A stretch of 64,000 nucleotides of DNA from an uncultured virus (IMG/VR IMGVR_UViG_3300018475_001996) (lineage: Duplodnaviria > Heunggongvirae > Uroviricota > Caudoviricetes), in the IMG/VR virus record IMGVR_UViG_3300018475_001996, positions 62,001-126,000 of that record; one strand, written 5' to 3'. Below the pieces are notes generated by a model that saw nothing but the letters and a program-made list of their open reading frames with translations, made no database searches and was not told where the DNA came from. The first letter of the stretch is position 1. Each line of letters opens with the position of its first letter. A program made the position numbers and the translations under genes. Below are positions 49,286 through 60,327 of the stretch, one piece after another.

Positions 49286-49864
49286 ATGACACGAAATACG
49301 CAAAATACAATTTCAACTATCTGGATTTTTCTTGCATCATTCGTATTTACCTTTATGGTAGGCTGGATTGTTTATGAAATGATTGAAAAATCTCCAGATA
49401 TTGATTATACGAAGAGTTATAGTGTCGAAGAAGTACAGAAGCTTGTTGATGAAAAAGTTACTAATGTAACCTGTGGAGTAATCAATAATGAAATTCTGTG
49501 TATCTATACTAATCACAAAACTTCTCGTAATCCGGTATTTTGTACTGTTAAATGGAATGGTAAATAAAGGAAAATCATGGTACCTCTCAAATATACAATC
49601 GGAATTCTGGCAATTTATGTAGCCTTGTTCATAATTCTTGGTTTTATAAGTCTGCCGACACTTTTATTGGTGTTAGGTATAATGTTCGTTATTTCGACAA
49701 TTATCTATGTTGTCATACTCATTGAAGAAAGGATTTGGACATATTCGCTTATCTGGGACAATCTTATTGGATATGCCGCAATGGCCTACGGTATCGTATT
49801 CTTCCTTCTTCCGATTATCGTCCTTAATTGCATCGAAGACAGAATAGAACGTAACGAAAGATGA
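49286..49864 (+). CDS. two small membrane proteins (49286-49567, 49577-49864)
   Basis: TM segments; early promoter 49250-49278. Confidence 0.7.
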
Positions 49865-49865
49865 T

Positions 49866-52800
49866 ATGATTAATGTTATTTTTACAAATGACGGATATAC
49901 ACAACAACATGATGTTGCTGAAATTGATAACGTCAATATAGACGAACATCCTAGTTTTGTAGAAGCATGTGAGCAAAAAGACATCGTTAATAATACCATG
50001 ATAACTCTTACATGGAGATCTTCAGATTATCATGGATTATATGTTTTAAAGCTTGGAACATTTCCGCTTTATAAGGCATATTTAGAAATTGACGGAAAGA
50101 AATATATGTATACCGACATAATGAAAAATATTGAAAAATTCAAAGCCAGGATTGAACAGGAAAAAGTTAAACTTGCATTGGAGACATTAGCATGATTAAG
50201 TTTACACTTGATGGTAGAAACTATGAAATCGAATCCATGCAAGATTTTTCTCTTTGGGTTCATTACGAATCAAAACATAGAAAACGAGAAAACTATATTA
50301 AAGCAGAAGTACGTCCTGTAGGTTATGAAGCACATCATGTTTTTGAACTGAGAAACGAAGATAGTATACAGATTGACGATAAAAAGTTTGACCTTCCATA
50401 TATTTGTGAACATTTTGATTTGATTAAATCTAAAATTTTACATAATCTTGAACTTAAATGCCTGGATAATTTAGCATGATTAAACTTATTAGAGAATATC
50501 ATTATTCGCGTTCAGATGACCATTATGTAGTAAAGCAACTGTTTGGTTTTGAAAAATCTAGTAATGGCATAAGTCTTTTCTTTGAAGACCAAATGGGAAA
50601 AAACCAAATGATAAATACAGCCGATACAGAAAAAACAGAAACAAAACTGTATATAAACGACATTCTTTATACAAACAAAGATATTATGTGGAAATTTGAT
50701 AAAATTTCTGCACTGTTAACTCAAGATATAAATTTGACAGCTATTGAGTCTCTTCCATAGAGGAATATATGGATTTTGAAAAAATAAAGAAAAATGAATG
50801 TTTTTCGAAACAGATGATTCTGGATAATCCAAATCAGCCATATATTTTTAGATATGATAAATGGGATAATTATGACCTGATTATACCAATAGAAACCAAT
50901 GATTCTACTACCCATATACTTGGTGCGGTTTTCCATTATGAAGATGAAAATACATATTTATACAACGGTTGTTCTTATATAAATCTTCTCGGTGTAAATC
51001 TTAAGAGTATGAAATTGTTTACTCCGCAAAAAGAAATCGAATATGATGCATCTGTTGATGATTATCATGATTTTAGAGATAAAGTTATTATGGTGTTAAA
51101 TCAATTCGAATCCATAGAGGCCGTGGATAGATTATGAAGTTCATTGTAAAAATCGGTAATAATATAGCCATAACATATGAGATGATAGCTCTCGAAGGCA
51201 TATTTATCGAAAGGCCGAGTACTAAATTTACAAATTCACAACAGGACATGATTGATTACAAAACAATCTATATCCATTTTCATTATTCAAAGAGAAACAA
51301 CCGCGAAGTACATGCCAATATAACTATGCCTATTGGTGAATTTCTTGACGGTAATAAAATGATGTATATAGATGCTGGAAAAGAACAGATTTATTACAAA
51401 GATATTGTTGCAAATCCGGCAAAAGCAGCAGTCAGGATAAATAACCTCATTTTACTTGATACTATCGAGGCTTTGCCATAACAGTATTACTATGTTAATA
51501 GAGCTTTATCCAAATAAAAAATATAGAGTGCCATCTAAAATTAAGCACGTCAATAAAATTGTTGCCGAAAAAACGGAACCTCTTTCATTTATTGATTTTA
51601 TAGATACAGATGATAAACCGCATATCATGGTTATCGGTACAGAATCTATAATAGTAGTTGACTATGGACCGGTTGAATTACCTTTAATATTTAGTTATAA
51701 AGATATATTAGAAAATCCGGAAGCTATTACAGCAAAACTACATAATTTAGAAAACGAAGCTGTACTTGACAGATTATAGCCATTGACAAAAATGAGATTT
51801 TTTGCTATATTAAAACCATGATTAGACTTATCATGGAATCAAAACCTCATGAACAATGGGAACAGCATAGGCAGTTTAAAGTAAAATCTGCCGTTCTTAT
51901 TAAGCAAAAAACTCATAGTCAATATGAGTCGGATTTGATTGTCCAATATACGTCGTTTAATAATAGTTCTTATAATAGTTATGGATTTGAAGCTCAATTT
52001 GAAAAAGAAACGCATAGATTATTGCTTGAAATCGGCGGCGAAGTTTACGGGCATGATGATTTGATTAAAAACGTCGATAAGTATAATGCATTGCTGGAAA
52101 ACGAAGCTATAAAAGAAGCAATAGACAGATTATGATTCGAATAATATACAGACAATATAATGAAAAAACCAAGAAATGGGAAATGAATTTAGCATTTCCC
52201 GTTTATCAAGCGGAATTGTCTGTTAATACTAATAAATTAATCGATATTAAATATAAAAATTATTACGGTCATGATTTCTTAACAACATTCAAGAATTCTA
52301 ATGATACACAGATGACGCTTGAATTTGATGATGAAGAATATAGTATTCTTGATATGATTAATAATTTTGATAAAGTAAAGTCAAAAGTTTATAACGAATA
52401 CCTACATGATATTTTGGAAGCATTATGATTAAAGTTGTCAGAAAAATGACATATGATAATGAACCCACGACCACGACATTTTATGTTCTTGGTCCTTATG
52501 TTTTTCGTACAGTAGTAAGTTCTAGACAATATATTTGTTTAGGCTATACTGATATTAAAAGAGAAATTAAAGAGCCGTATGAACATAAACCAAATTATTT
52601 TATTTTAGGAATTGTTACCAATTCCTCAGGTAAAAATTATAATACATGGCTTGAAACAGACGCTGGCACGTTTACTGACCAATATATAGATAAACATCTG
52701 GATAAAGTCAACGCTATATTGACTCAGGAATCCAACAAAGAAATTCTTGATTGCCTACCATGATTAGTGTGACCCAATATAAGAAAGATAATACGTTCCA

Positions 52801-54671
52801 TTCAAAAGTGGATTTGCCGACCTATACTAATAAAAATTGGAATCCTTATTTAAGTAATAATCCGTATCATCAATATAGGCTTTATATAGCATATGTTTCG
52901 CCAGTAGGTAGACTTGAATCCGTATATCTGGATCCTCGAAGTATATTAAGAATCGGCGACCAAACATATGATTTTAATTATATGCAAAAAAATATGGACC
53001 GTATCAATACGTTGATAGAACAGGAAATAACTCGAGAAGCTATAGAGAAACTGCCATGATTAAACTTGCTATTTATCATTTAGACGAAGGTATAGACGCT
53101 AAAATAATAGAATGGGGAGAAATACAAGAAATCGGTTATGGCGATTTTTATTTTTGTTATAGAGTGAATAATGGAAATCATCCGCAATATATCTATTTAA
53201 CAAATACTGAACATAGATATGTTTCAGTTTTTATTAACGAAAAAGAATATATTATTACAAATCCTCACAGCCCATCTGGACCCACAATTAGCCGACTTTT
53301 AAAAATTAAAGATAAAATTAATGCTTTAATAGTACAAGAAAATATTAAAACTGCAATCGATTCTTTGCCGGGGTAATAATGGTTGAAATTATAACAAAAC
53401 GACATACCAATTCAAAAGATTATATCAATCGTAAAGTTTCTGGGCTTTATTTAACTGCTAGAGATGAATATTCAGATGGCCAAATAGATAAAATGAACGG
53501 TATCGTAGTAACTGCAACATTTAAATATGTTGATAATGACCAAAAGAGTTATTCATGGATTCTTGGGCATTTTAAATATTGGACAGGTACAGCAATTCAT
53601 AATTATACTAATTATATTAAAGTAGGTAAACTAAGTTTTTGGTATAAAGATATAATTGAAAATGTTGATAGAATCAATGCACTCATTCAGCAAGAATATT
53701 TAAAAGACGCATTGGAGAAATTATAATGAGCGAAAACTTGATATACATGGAATATATGGGAAGTCAACATGTATTTGTTCCAGATAATGAAATAGTTAAG
53801 TGTATTGAAAAGAGTTCTGACATTACGGATATATATTTGCCTGGAAAATTTTATAATTTATCTAATAACAAAAAGTGGTTAGTTTATGACCCTCTTTTAA
53901 TAGGTACTGAGCTATATTTAAATATATGGCGTGATTGGACATACCATGACGGTTCATTTGAAATAAAATTTGTTCATAAATCGGCAGATGATGATGACCT
54001 GTATGCTAAAATTAGAGATGCTAACAAAAAAGAATTTCTTATCTGCATTAACAAACTGTATATTCATTATAAGAATAAAGAAACTTTGGATATTATAGAA
54101 AAACTACCATGATTGTACTTTACGACGGTTTTACAAGATTACGTGCTCGAAATGTAACTGTTACGGCATTACATGATAATGCGCCGGATCCAAGATATTT
54201 TTATAAAGTTGATTTTTATGACATAGGAAATCTTCATAAAGATTCTTTTACTATTTCCATTTATGACGCTGATGCATATATTCAAATTAATAATACCAAA
54301 TATACTTATTGTGACTTGGAACATGATTTATCCAATATACAAGTAGAATTGGAAAAAGAAAATATTTTACATGCGATTGAGAATTTACCATGATTAAAGT
54401 TTATCATAAAGGTAATAAAATATCAATTTCTGAAATTACTAAGTTTGAAAAGTATCTTGAGGTTGATACTGGTAAATATTATTTTGAAGTTAAATATTTT
54501 CCTGAACGTTCGTATGTACAGTCGAGCTGTATTTTTTCAGAATCTAAACAGTTTAACTATATTGAAATTAACAGAGAACGATTTAACTATAAAAAGATGC
54601 TTGCACATTTTGAAAAAGTAAAAGCACTTATAGAACAAGAAAAAATCGTAAAAGCTATTGATGCATTATAA
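49866..54671 (+). CDS. tandem array of 15 small (93-128 aa) divergent paralogs with a conserved C-terminal helix
   Basis: Mostly ATGA-coupled; MI(K/R) starts; ends such as ALIEQEKIVKAIDAL, TLIEQEITREAIEKLP, ALLENEAIKEAIDRL. Confidence 0.85.
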
Positions 54672-54729
54672 GGGTTGACAATTACTTTATCGTTTACTAT
54701 ATTAACGGTATAAACAAAAAGGAACAATC

Positions 54730-55173
54730 ATGTTTAAAGTAATTTATACCAAGGCTGTTGATGGAAACGGACGTTATGCATATGTCGGTGGCGACAAGAT
54801 GACATATGAATATGCGGACGTACCTGATGAAGAAACTTTCCAAAAGCTTAAGAACGAAATTGTCGAAGAACTTAAGAAGGAAGATTCCCCGCTTGTAAAG
54901 GCTTCGTTCTATAACGAAAAGGGAGTTCCTTTTGAAATCAGTTTCGACGATATTAACGAAGAAGATGAATATTGTCTCATCGATACTGTCAATAACATGA
55001 CGCTTAAGAAGCTTGAAGAACGTACCGACGGTATGACCAAGGGACAATGGGAACTGTTTAACGGTTCTTATGACGATAACCTTAAGATTCCGGAAGATCT
55101 TGCCGAAGCGGATGAAAATTCTGACCCGCTTTATGATTATCTTAAGAGCGTTGGACCGACACTTTTGAAGTAA
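54730..55173 (+). CDS. acidic early protein with its own promoter
   Basis: TTGACA 54675-54680 and TATATT 54698-54703; AAGGA SD; not a family member. Confidence 0.8.
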   Translation: MFKVIYTKAVDGNGRYAYVGGDKMTYEYADVPDEETFQKLKNEIVEELKKEDSPLVKASFYNEKGVPFEISFDDINEEDEYCLIDTVNNMTLKKLEERTDGMTKGQWELFNGSYDDNLKIPEDLAEADENSDPLYDYLKSVGPTLLK

Positions 55174-55185
55174 GGAGAAACTACC

Positions 55186-55772
55186 ATGATTCATGTATAT
55201 GACAACTGTAAACTATATACCAATGTTATAAATCCAAAGCTGGAATATGTTACAGACAGTATCTGGCCGCCTTATAATCCCTATTTCTGGATAACTTTCA
55301 AGGAAAGCCCTAATGCACAATTTAATAGGGTAGACTTCCGAGATTTCACTGAGGAAATGAATAACAATTATATCGAAATCAATAACCAGCGATTCAAATA
55401 TAAAGATATAAAAGAAAACCTGGAATATATCCAAGCCCTAATCGAAAACGATATTAACCAGGAAGCTATCGAGTCCCTCCCATGATTGAAGTCTACGATA
55501 CAAATAATAAAAAATCAGAAGTAATAGAAGTCATAAGGCTGGATAAACTGACTGACAAATGCGTTAAACCTCCCTATGTCTATTTTTCTCTAATGTATAA
55601 AGACTCTTCTAACCAGAAGGGCTTTACTATATTCTCTATAGGCAGTTCTGAAAATTACCTGTCTATTAACGGAAGAAAATTCAAATATAAAGATATGATA
55701 GAAAAAGAGGGCCTCATAGACGCCCTCCTTACCCAAGAAGAAACCCTTGAAACACTAAATAAGCTACCCTAG
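55186..55772 (+). CDS. two further array paralogs (55186-55485, 55482-55772)
   Basis: YIEINNQRFKYKDI...ALIENDINQEAIESLP; YLSINGRKFKYKDM...LETLNKLP. Confidence 0.8.
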
Positions 55773-57470
55773 AGCTTCTTTAGGGCCCTTTCTATATCAT
55801 ACTTGTTAAATATACTATAGGCATTTTCGGGGTGCCTTATGGCCTTCTTCATGATTGCCATGGGTATGTTCTTAAACTGGAACGCCAACATCTCATTAGT
55901 AGTCCCGATACAGACAGCCTGCTCTTCTTCTATATTCCGAAAATATACGGTAGGGGTAGAATCATAAATGTACAGACATACCGAAAATCCGTCCTTCCGG
56001 TAATCTACAGGATAGGGCTCGTATGTGCTCATAGGGACATATCCACATCTAACCACCAAATCGCGAACCTTCTTAAGCGGATCCATTATCCCAATACCTC
56101 CAAAGCCTTTTCTGTCTCATATTTGTGAAAATCAAAAGTCAGCCTCTTGAATTCCTCAGGGTCGTCTATACATACATTGGTTTCGATATACCCCCTGTAC
56201 ATCTTCCCGTTCCAGATAATAAACTCGTAATCGGTAATATAGTAAAGCCCCTCCCATACGTCTTCGAAAATTTCGTGGACATATGTGAATCCTACGGCTC
56301 GCCTTTCCAAATCAATATCGGTAATATCTACAAATTCCCTAACGGCATTCTTGGAATGATAATGCGGGGTAATAAAATAGTTTTTACCGGGTTCGATTAA
56401 ACTCAATAAATATTCCAGTTTTTCCTTATGACTACTACTCTGAATATTCGACCAATGTTCGTATTCGCTATCCGTCATTATCCCAATACCTCCAATGTCT
56501 TCTCGACACAATAGTTGTTCAGTTCTTCCAGCATCTTCCGACCATCCTGGCAGGCCGAAATTATCAGAAGTCCGGGCGGAATAGCCTTGAACCTGTAATG
56601 CAGGGCCTTGTTCGTACATGCAATAGAATCGCTCGCCCCTACCATCGGCGAACTCCCGTACTGCAAGAATATATGGTCATTCCAGAACGTAATGAAATAA
56701 TCGCGTTCATCCCCAGTCTTCCGGATATATCTAACATACGTACTTGTAGAAACCGACTCGCTGTCATACACCGAATACCCATGAGAAAGCAAATACTCTT
56801 CGTACTTGCGTAATTCAAACTTCGTCACCCCAGAACCTCCAGGTTTCTATTAAGGTCATATTCGTATAGCTTCTTGTGTATTTCTGAACTTTCTTCACAC
56901 GCAATCTTCAACAATATGTCCGCAGGAACATTATATCTGTAATATATCCCGCCGCTTCCGTCATTATAGGCCAGGCCACCCTTGTTATAATACAAGAATA
57001 TGTTATTCTCGAATATCAACAGAGTATACTTGTTATCCGATTCTTTCACATAAAGGACATCGGTATTACGGTCTACCTCCCTATATCCGTGTTTCTTCAA
57101 AAATCGTCATAATACCCGTACTGTATCAAAAAATCGTCATAGGCGCTGTACTCTTTCATCCCAGAACCTCCAAAGTCTTATTGACATCGTACTCGTACAG
57201 TTTCCTCCTAATATCCTCCGCAGGACCTACAGCTATATCCATCAATATATCAGCGGGAACGCCCATATATCTGTAAATAGTCCCTGTACCGTCGGACACG
57301 CGGGAAGTAGCTATTCCCTCGCATTCATTAACGGACTCGTCATATATCAGACATACAAACGTAGTAAGAATTATCAGACTGTACTTCCCCCGGATATAAC
57401 TGCACCTTAAATCCTGCTTATACCCGTTCTCCAACGCCATCCTGATATATTTCTGAGAATCGAACTTCAT
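55769..57470 (-). CDS. five small proteins ending Y...(K/R).LEVLG or ALKKL (55769-56086, 56086-56478, 56478-56828, 56825-57159 frameshifted, 57156-57470)
   Basis: Coupled ORFs; four share Y/F-(R/Q)-(Y/F)...P...(L/M)..(I/A) before the terminal helix. Confidence 0.8.
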
Positions 57471-57682
57471 CCAGCAATCTCTTCTTTTAACTTCGCCGGA
57501 CTAAGCGTCCAGTTAGACAACTTGACACCGTTATATTCCGCGATATGCTTCATTTTTCTTTCGCTGTAATCCCCGCAGACAAACATCCATCTGGCCTTAT
57601 TGGCTAGAATCTGCGCCTGCCTGTCACTTATTTCTTCTTCGGTCTCAATCGTAAACGGGAGATAAACTACCTTTTCAGCCAT
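57467..57682 (-). CDS. hypothetical early protein
   Basis: Promoter TTGACG-N17-TATATT at 57709-57737; GAGGA SD. Confidence 0.7.
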   Translation of the reverse strand: MAEKVVYLPFTIETEEEISDRQAQILANKARWMFVCGDYSERKMKHIAEYNGVKLSNWTLSPAKLKEEIAG

Positions 57683-58056
57683 ATATTGTCCTCTGGTTCG
57701 TTATTTCAAATATAGCAAATCCATATAGGTTCGTCAACCTTAATTAACCCTTGCATATACTATAAACCGATATATATTAACATCATATTAACATAGAATC
57801 AATTAAGCCAAAAATATCCCAGAAATACCTATATAATCATAGGGGTAAAATCTATTAAGCAAAATCTCCCAAATCCCTTTATTTTCAAGCATTTCGGCCA
57901 ATTCTGAATATTCTTTAAATATCCAGAATATACCCCAAAATCTATTAAGATTTTCACAAGAAATTTCTACACAATTTACTAACATTTTATTAACAGGCGA
58001 GCCCATCGAGACGTAAGTGTTTTTTAACCAATCCGGACCCATATATAGGAATCTAT

Positions 58057-58279
58057 GCCCGCCAAAATCTATTAAGTAGAAACTTGGCCCGCCAAAATCT
58101 ATTAAGTAGAAACTTGGCCCGCCAAATCTATTAAGCATATTTACTTACTAGAAATCTGGCCCGCCAAAATCTATTAAGTAGAAACTTGGCCCGCCAAATC
58201 TATTAAGCATATTTACTTACTAGAAATCTGGCCCGCCAAATCTATTAAGCATATTTACTTACTAGAAATCTGGCCCGCC
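58057..58279. repeat. iteron-like tandem array of 30- and 42-bp units (A-A-B-A-B-B), probable replication origin
   Basis: GCCCGCC at 58057, 58087, 58117, 58159, 58189, 58231 and 58273, all but the last followed by AAA(A)TCTATTAAG. Confidence 0.85.
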
Positions 58280-58422
58280 GGAATACTTAGATCTTAATTG
58301 TAAAAAATTTTTTACGCAAAAATTTTTTTTTCGTGAAAAAATTTTCGCGATCCTGGTCCCCATTATAAAAAAGAAAAACCCAGAATTAACTTCTGGATTT
58401 TCTCTTCAAAAATCAATTAAGA

Positions 58423-58860
58423 TTAATCTTTGGGTTGTGCGGCGAGCCGGAAATAATCTTCCCATTTCTTGACTATATGTTGTTTCTGTTCCTTGTTCAG
58501 GATTTGAAGATAGAATTTGGCTTCGCGGTCCGTGAGGTCGTATTCCTTCTTTACCGACTCGATTTCGACCGGATCGTATTCCTGGGTTCCTTTGAAGTAG
58601 TCGTATTTGAAGTAATGCTTCGTGTGCTTTACATAGCCGATGAGGATATTGTAATGCATATCGTCGGTCAGTTTCTGTGTGGCGAGCTGGTCCGCGACGG
58701 GAATCAGATAGTCGTAGGAACAGATGAACCTGTTAATCATGAACTGGCTGTAGCCATTCTGGAGATCTTCCGGGAGGTCTTTCCATTCCGGGTACTGTTT
58801 GGTACAGAGTGCGGTCAGGATTTCCCAGAGAGGATTACGCTTTTTCTGTTTGGTTTCCAT
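58423..58860 (-). CDS. clamp loader small subunit (T4 gp62-like)
   Basis: YSQFMINRFICS...HYNILI...VKKEYDLTDREAKFYLQILNKEQ. Confidence 0.75.
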   Translation of the reverse strand: METKQKKRNPLWEILTALCTKQYPEWKDLPEDLQNGYSQFMINRFICSYDYLIPVADQLATQKLTDDMHYNILIGYVKHTKHYFKYDYFKGTQEYDPVEIESVKKEYDLTDREAKFYLQILNKEQKQHIVKKWEDYFRLAAQPKD

Positions 58861-59650
58861 TATCTACCTTCTTGGTCGGCATGGTCTTGATTCTGGACAT
58901 ATCGAACTTTGAGAGTCTCGAAATCGGCCAGTTACCGTTAACCGCCGAAGTCCACTTGTTGAAGAAATTGAGTCTTAGCTGTTCCCAGTTCTTCGGGAGT
59001 TCACCTTGGGATTCATGTTTGACCGAAACCGCCACGGTAGCGACCCTATAGCCCGCGGCGAGCGCCTGGAGACAGATGTCGGCATCGTAGAAGTGAAAAT
59101 CCGGAAGTAATTCGTCGAATCTGAAACCTTTTTCGAAGAACCACTTGGGGAAGAACATGCAGCATCCGTCGACGGTGGCCATGAACTTATGGTTACCCGG
59201 ATAGTCGTTCATCGGGTATTCATAGTGTTCCATGACTGGATTTCCCTTATCGTCGAGGACCGGTTTCTTATTTTCGTCGAGTTTCGGTCGGATTCCGCCC
59301 TGGATGATGGAACCTGCGCCGTAGTTGGCTCTGCCTCCGGCGGACGGGACTCCGTGCCACCATGCACAGCCCTGGTCCAAGGCGATCGTGCCGATGACTC
59401 CCATGACCGCCGCGTTATATTCCTGGCAGACCTTATCTACTTTGAATTCGATAACGTCCAGAGGCGATCTCAGTTCCGTATCGTCGTGTCGGAAACAAAC
59501 GTATTTTTCTTTGGAATTGAGAACGAACTGTTCTATGGCGCGGTTATACTTCTTGGCCATAGAATCGTGAGGAATGTTTTCGATATACTTGATTGTGTCG
59601 GTATCGACTTGGTTTTCGGTTCTTTTATTTACCGGGATTATCTGAAGCAT
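58835..59650 (-). CDS. GT-A family 2-like glycosyltransferase
   Basis: SMAKKYNRAI, FRHDD, TVDGCCMF, FDELLPDFHFYDADICLQA, VKHESQG. Confidence 0.85.
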   Translation of the reverse strand: MLQIIPVNKRTENQVDTDTIKYIENIPHDSMAKKYNRAIEQFVLNSKEKYVCFRHDDTELRSPLDVIEFKVDKVCQEYNAAVMGVIGTIALDQGCAWWHGVPSAGGRANYGAGSIIQGGIRPKLDENKKPVLDDKGNPVMEHYEYPMNDYPGNHKFMATVDGCCMFFPKWFFEKGFRFDELLPDFHFYDADICLQALAAGYRVATVAVSVKHESQGELPKNWEQLRLNFFNKWTSAVNGNWPISRLSKFDMSRIKTMPTKKVDNGNQTEKA

Positions 59651-60317
59651 CTAGGGTTTCCTTTATATTTCTGATAACGAAGCTCGCGTCTTTGACCTTG
59701 GACATGTAGCCTGTCATGAGTCTTTGCGCGAAGTCGCTGTAAATATTGGTATTTTCGTCCTTGAAAATAACGAGTTTGGCGAGCCTGAAGCTGCCTTCGA
59801 AGAGTTTGAATCTCTTATCTTCGTCCAGATTCGGGCAGATCCGTTCGACATCTATAGGCAATTCCGAGAAATTTATGGCCTTATAGGTTAATTTTTCGCG
59901 GGTTTGCTCGTCGATTTCTGGCGGGAAAATATAGTATGCGGGCTCGCATTTGGATTTCAAAGCCTGCATTCTGTTACGTTTTTCCAGTTCGGATAGCGGT
60001 TTTGGGCCGAATTTTTCCAGTGAAGCGTAGATTTCTTTCAGTTGCAGTTCGAATAACTGGCCTAATCTTACGTATTCCAGCTCGTTATCCCAGTAGCAGC
60101 AGGTCATAGGGAAAGCCGCGCGCTGGGTCATCTTGTAGACGAGATCTCTATCCCGTTGCGTATTTACCTCGACGAAATAGAGATTTCCGTTATTGATATG
60201 TTCAATGGACTGTTTATACTTATGGCATATTTCGCAGGCATCCTGTGTCAGTACGTAGATGCCGTGCTTATAGCCTATGGCGAAGTCTTGAAACGATATT
60301 TTCTGTGAATCGAACAT
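59625..60317 (-). CDS. thioredoxin-fold domain protein
   Basis: CEIC and AAFPMT; TATAAATA 60325-60332. Confidence 0.6.
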   Translation of the reverse strand: MFDSQKISFQDFAIGYKHGIYVLTQDACEICHKYKQSIEHINNGNLYFVEVNTQRDRDLVYKMTQRAAFPMTCCYWDNELEYVRLGQLFELQLKEIYASLEKFGPKPLSELEKRNRMQALKSKCEPAYYIFPPEIDEQTREKLTYKAINFSELPIDVERICPNLDEDKRFKLFEGSFRLAKLVIFKDENTNIYSDFAQRLMTGYMSKVKDASFVIRNIKETLDASDNPGK

Positions 60318-60327
60318 AGTAACCTAT

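Noticed and set aside
49866..55772. Diversity-generating retroelement or integron explaining the array
   Set aside because: No reverse transcriptase or integrase, no TR/VR pair with adenine-specific differences, and no attC-like spacers because the genes overlap directly.
55769..55772. Convergent genes sharing palindromic stops (CTAG here, TTAA at 46889-46892)
   Set aside because: Ordinary compaction of convergent genes; no further signal.
57803..58138. 111-aa ORF with repeated FGGPSFYLID
   Set aside because: It is a translation of the DNA repeat array with no SD or promoter.
58057..58279. CRISPR array
   Set aside because: The sequences between repeats are themselves repeated (only two variants) and too short; no cas operon. 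The Cas4-like nuclease at 62479 is a common phage exonuclease.
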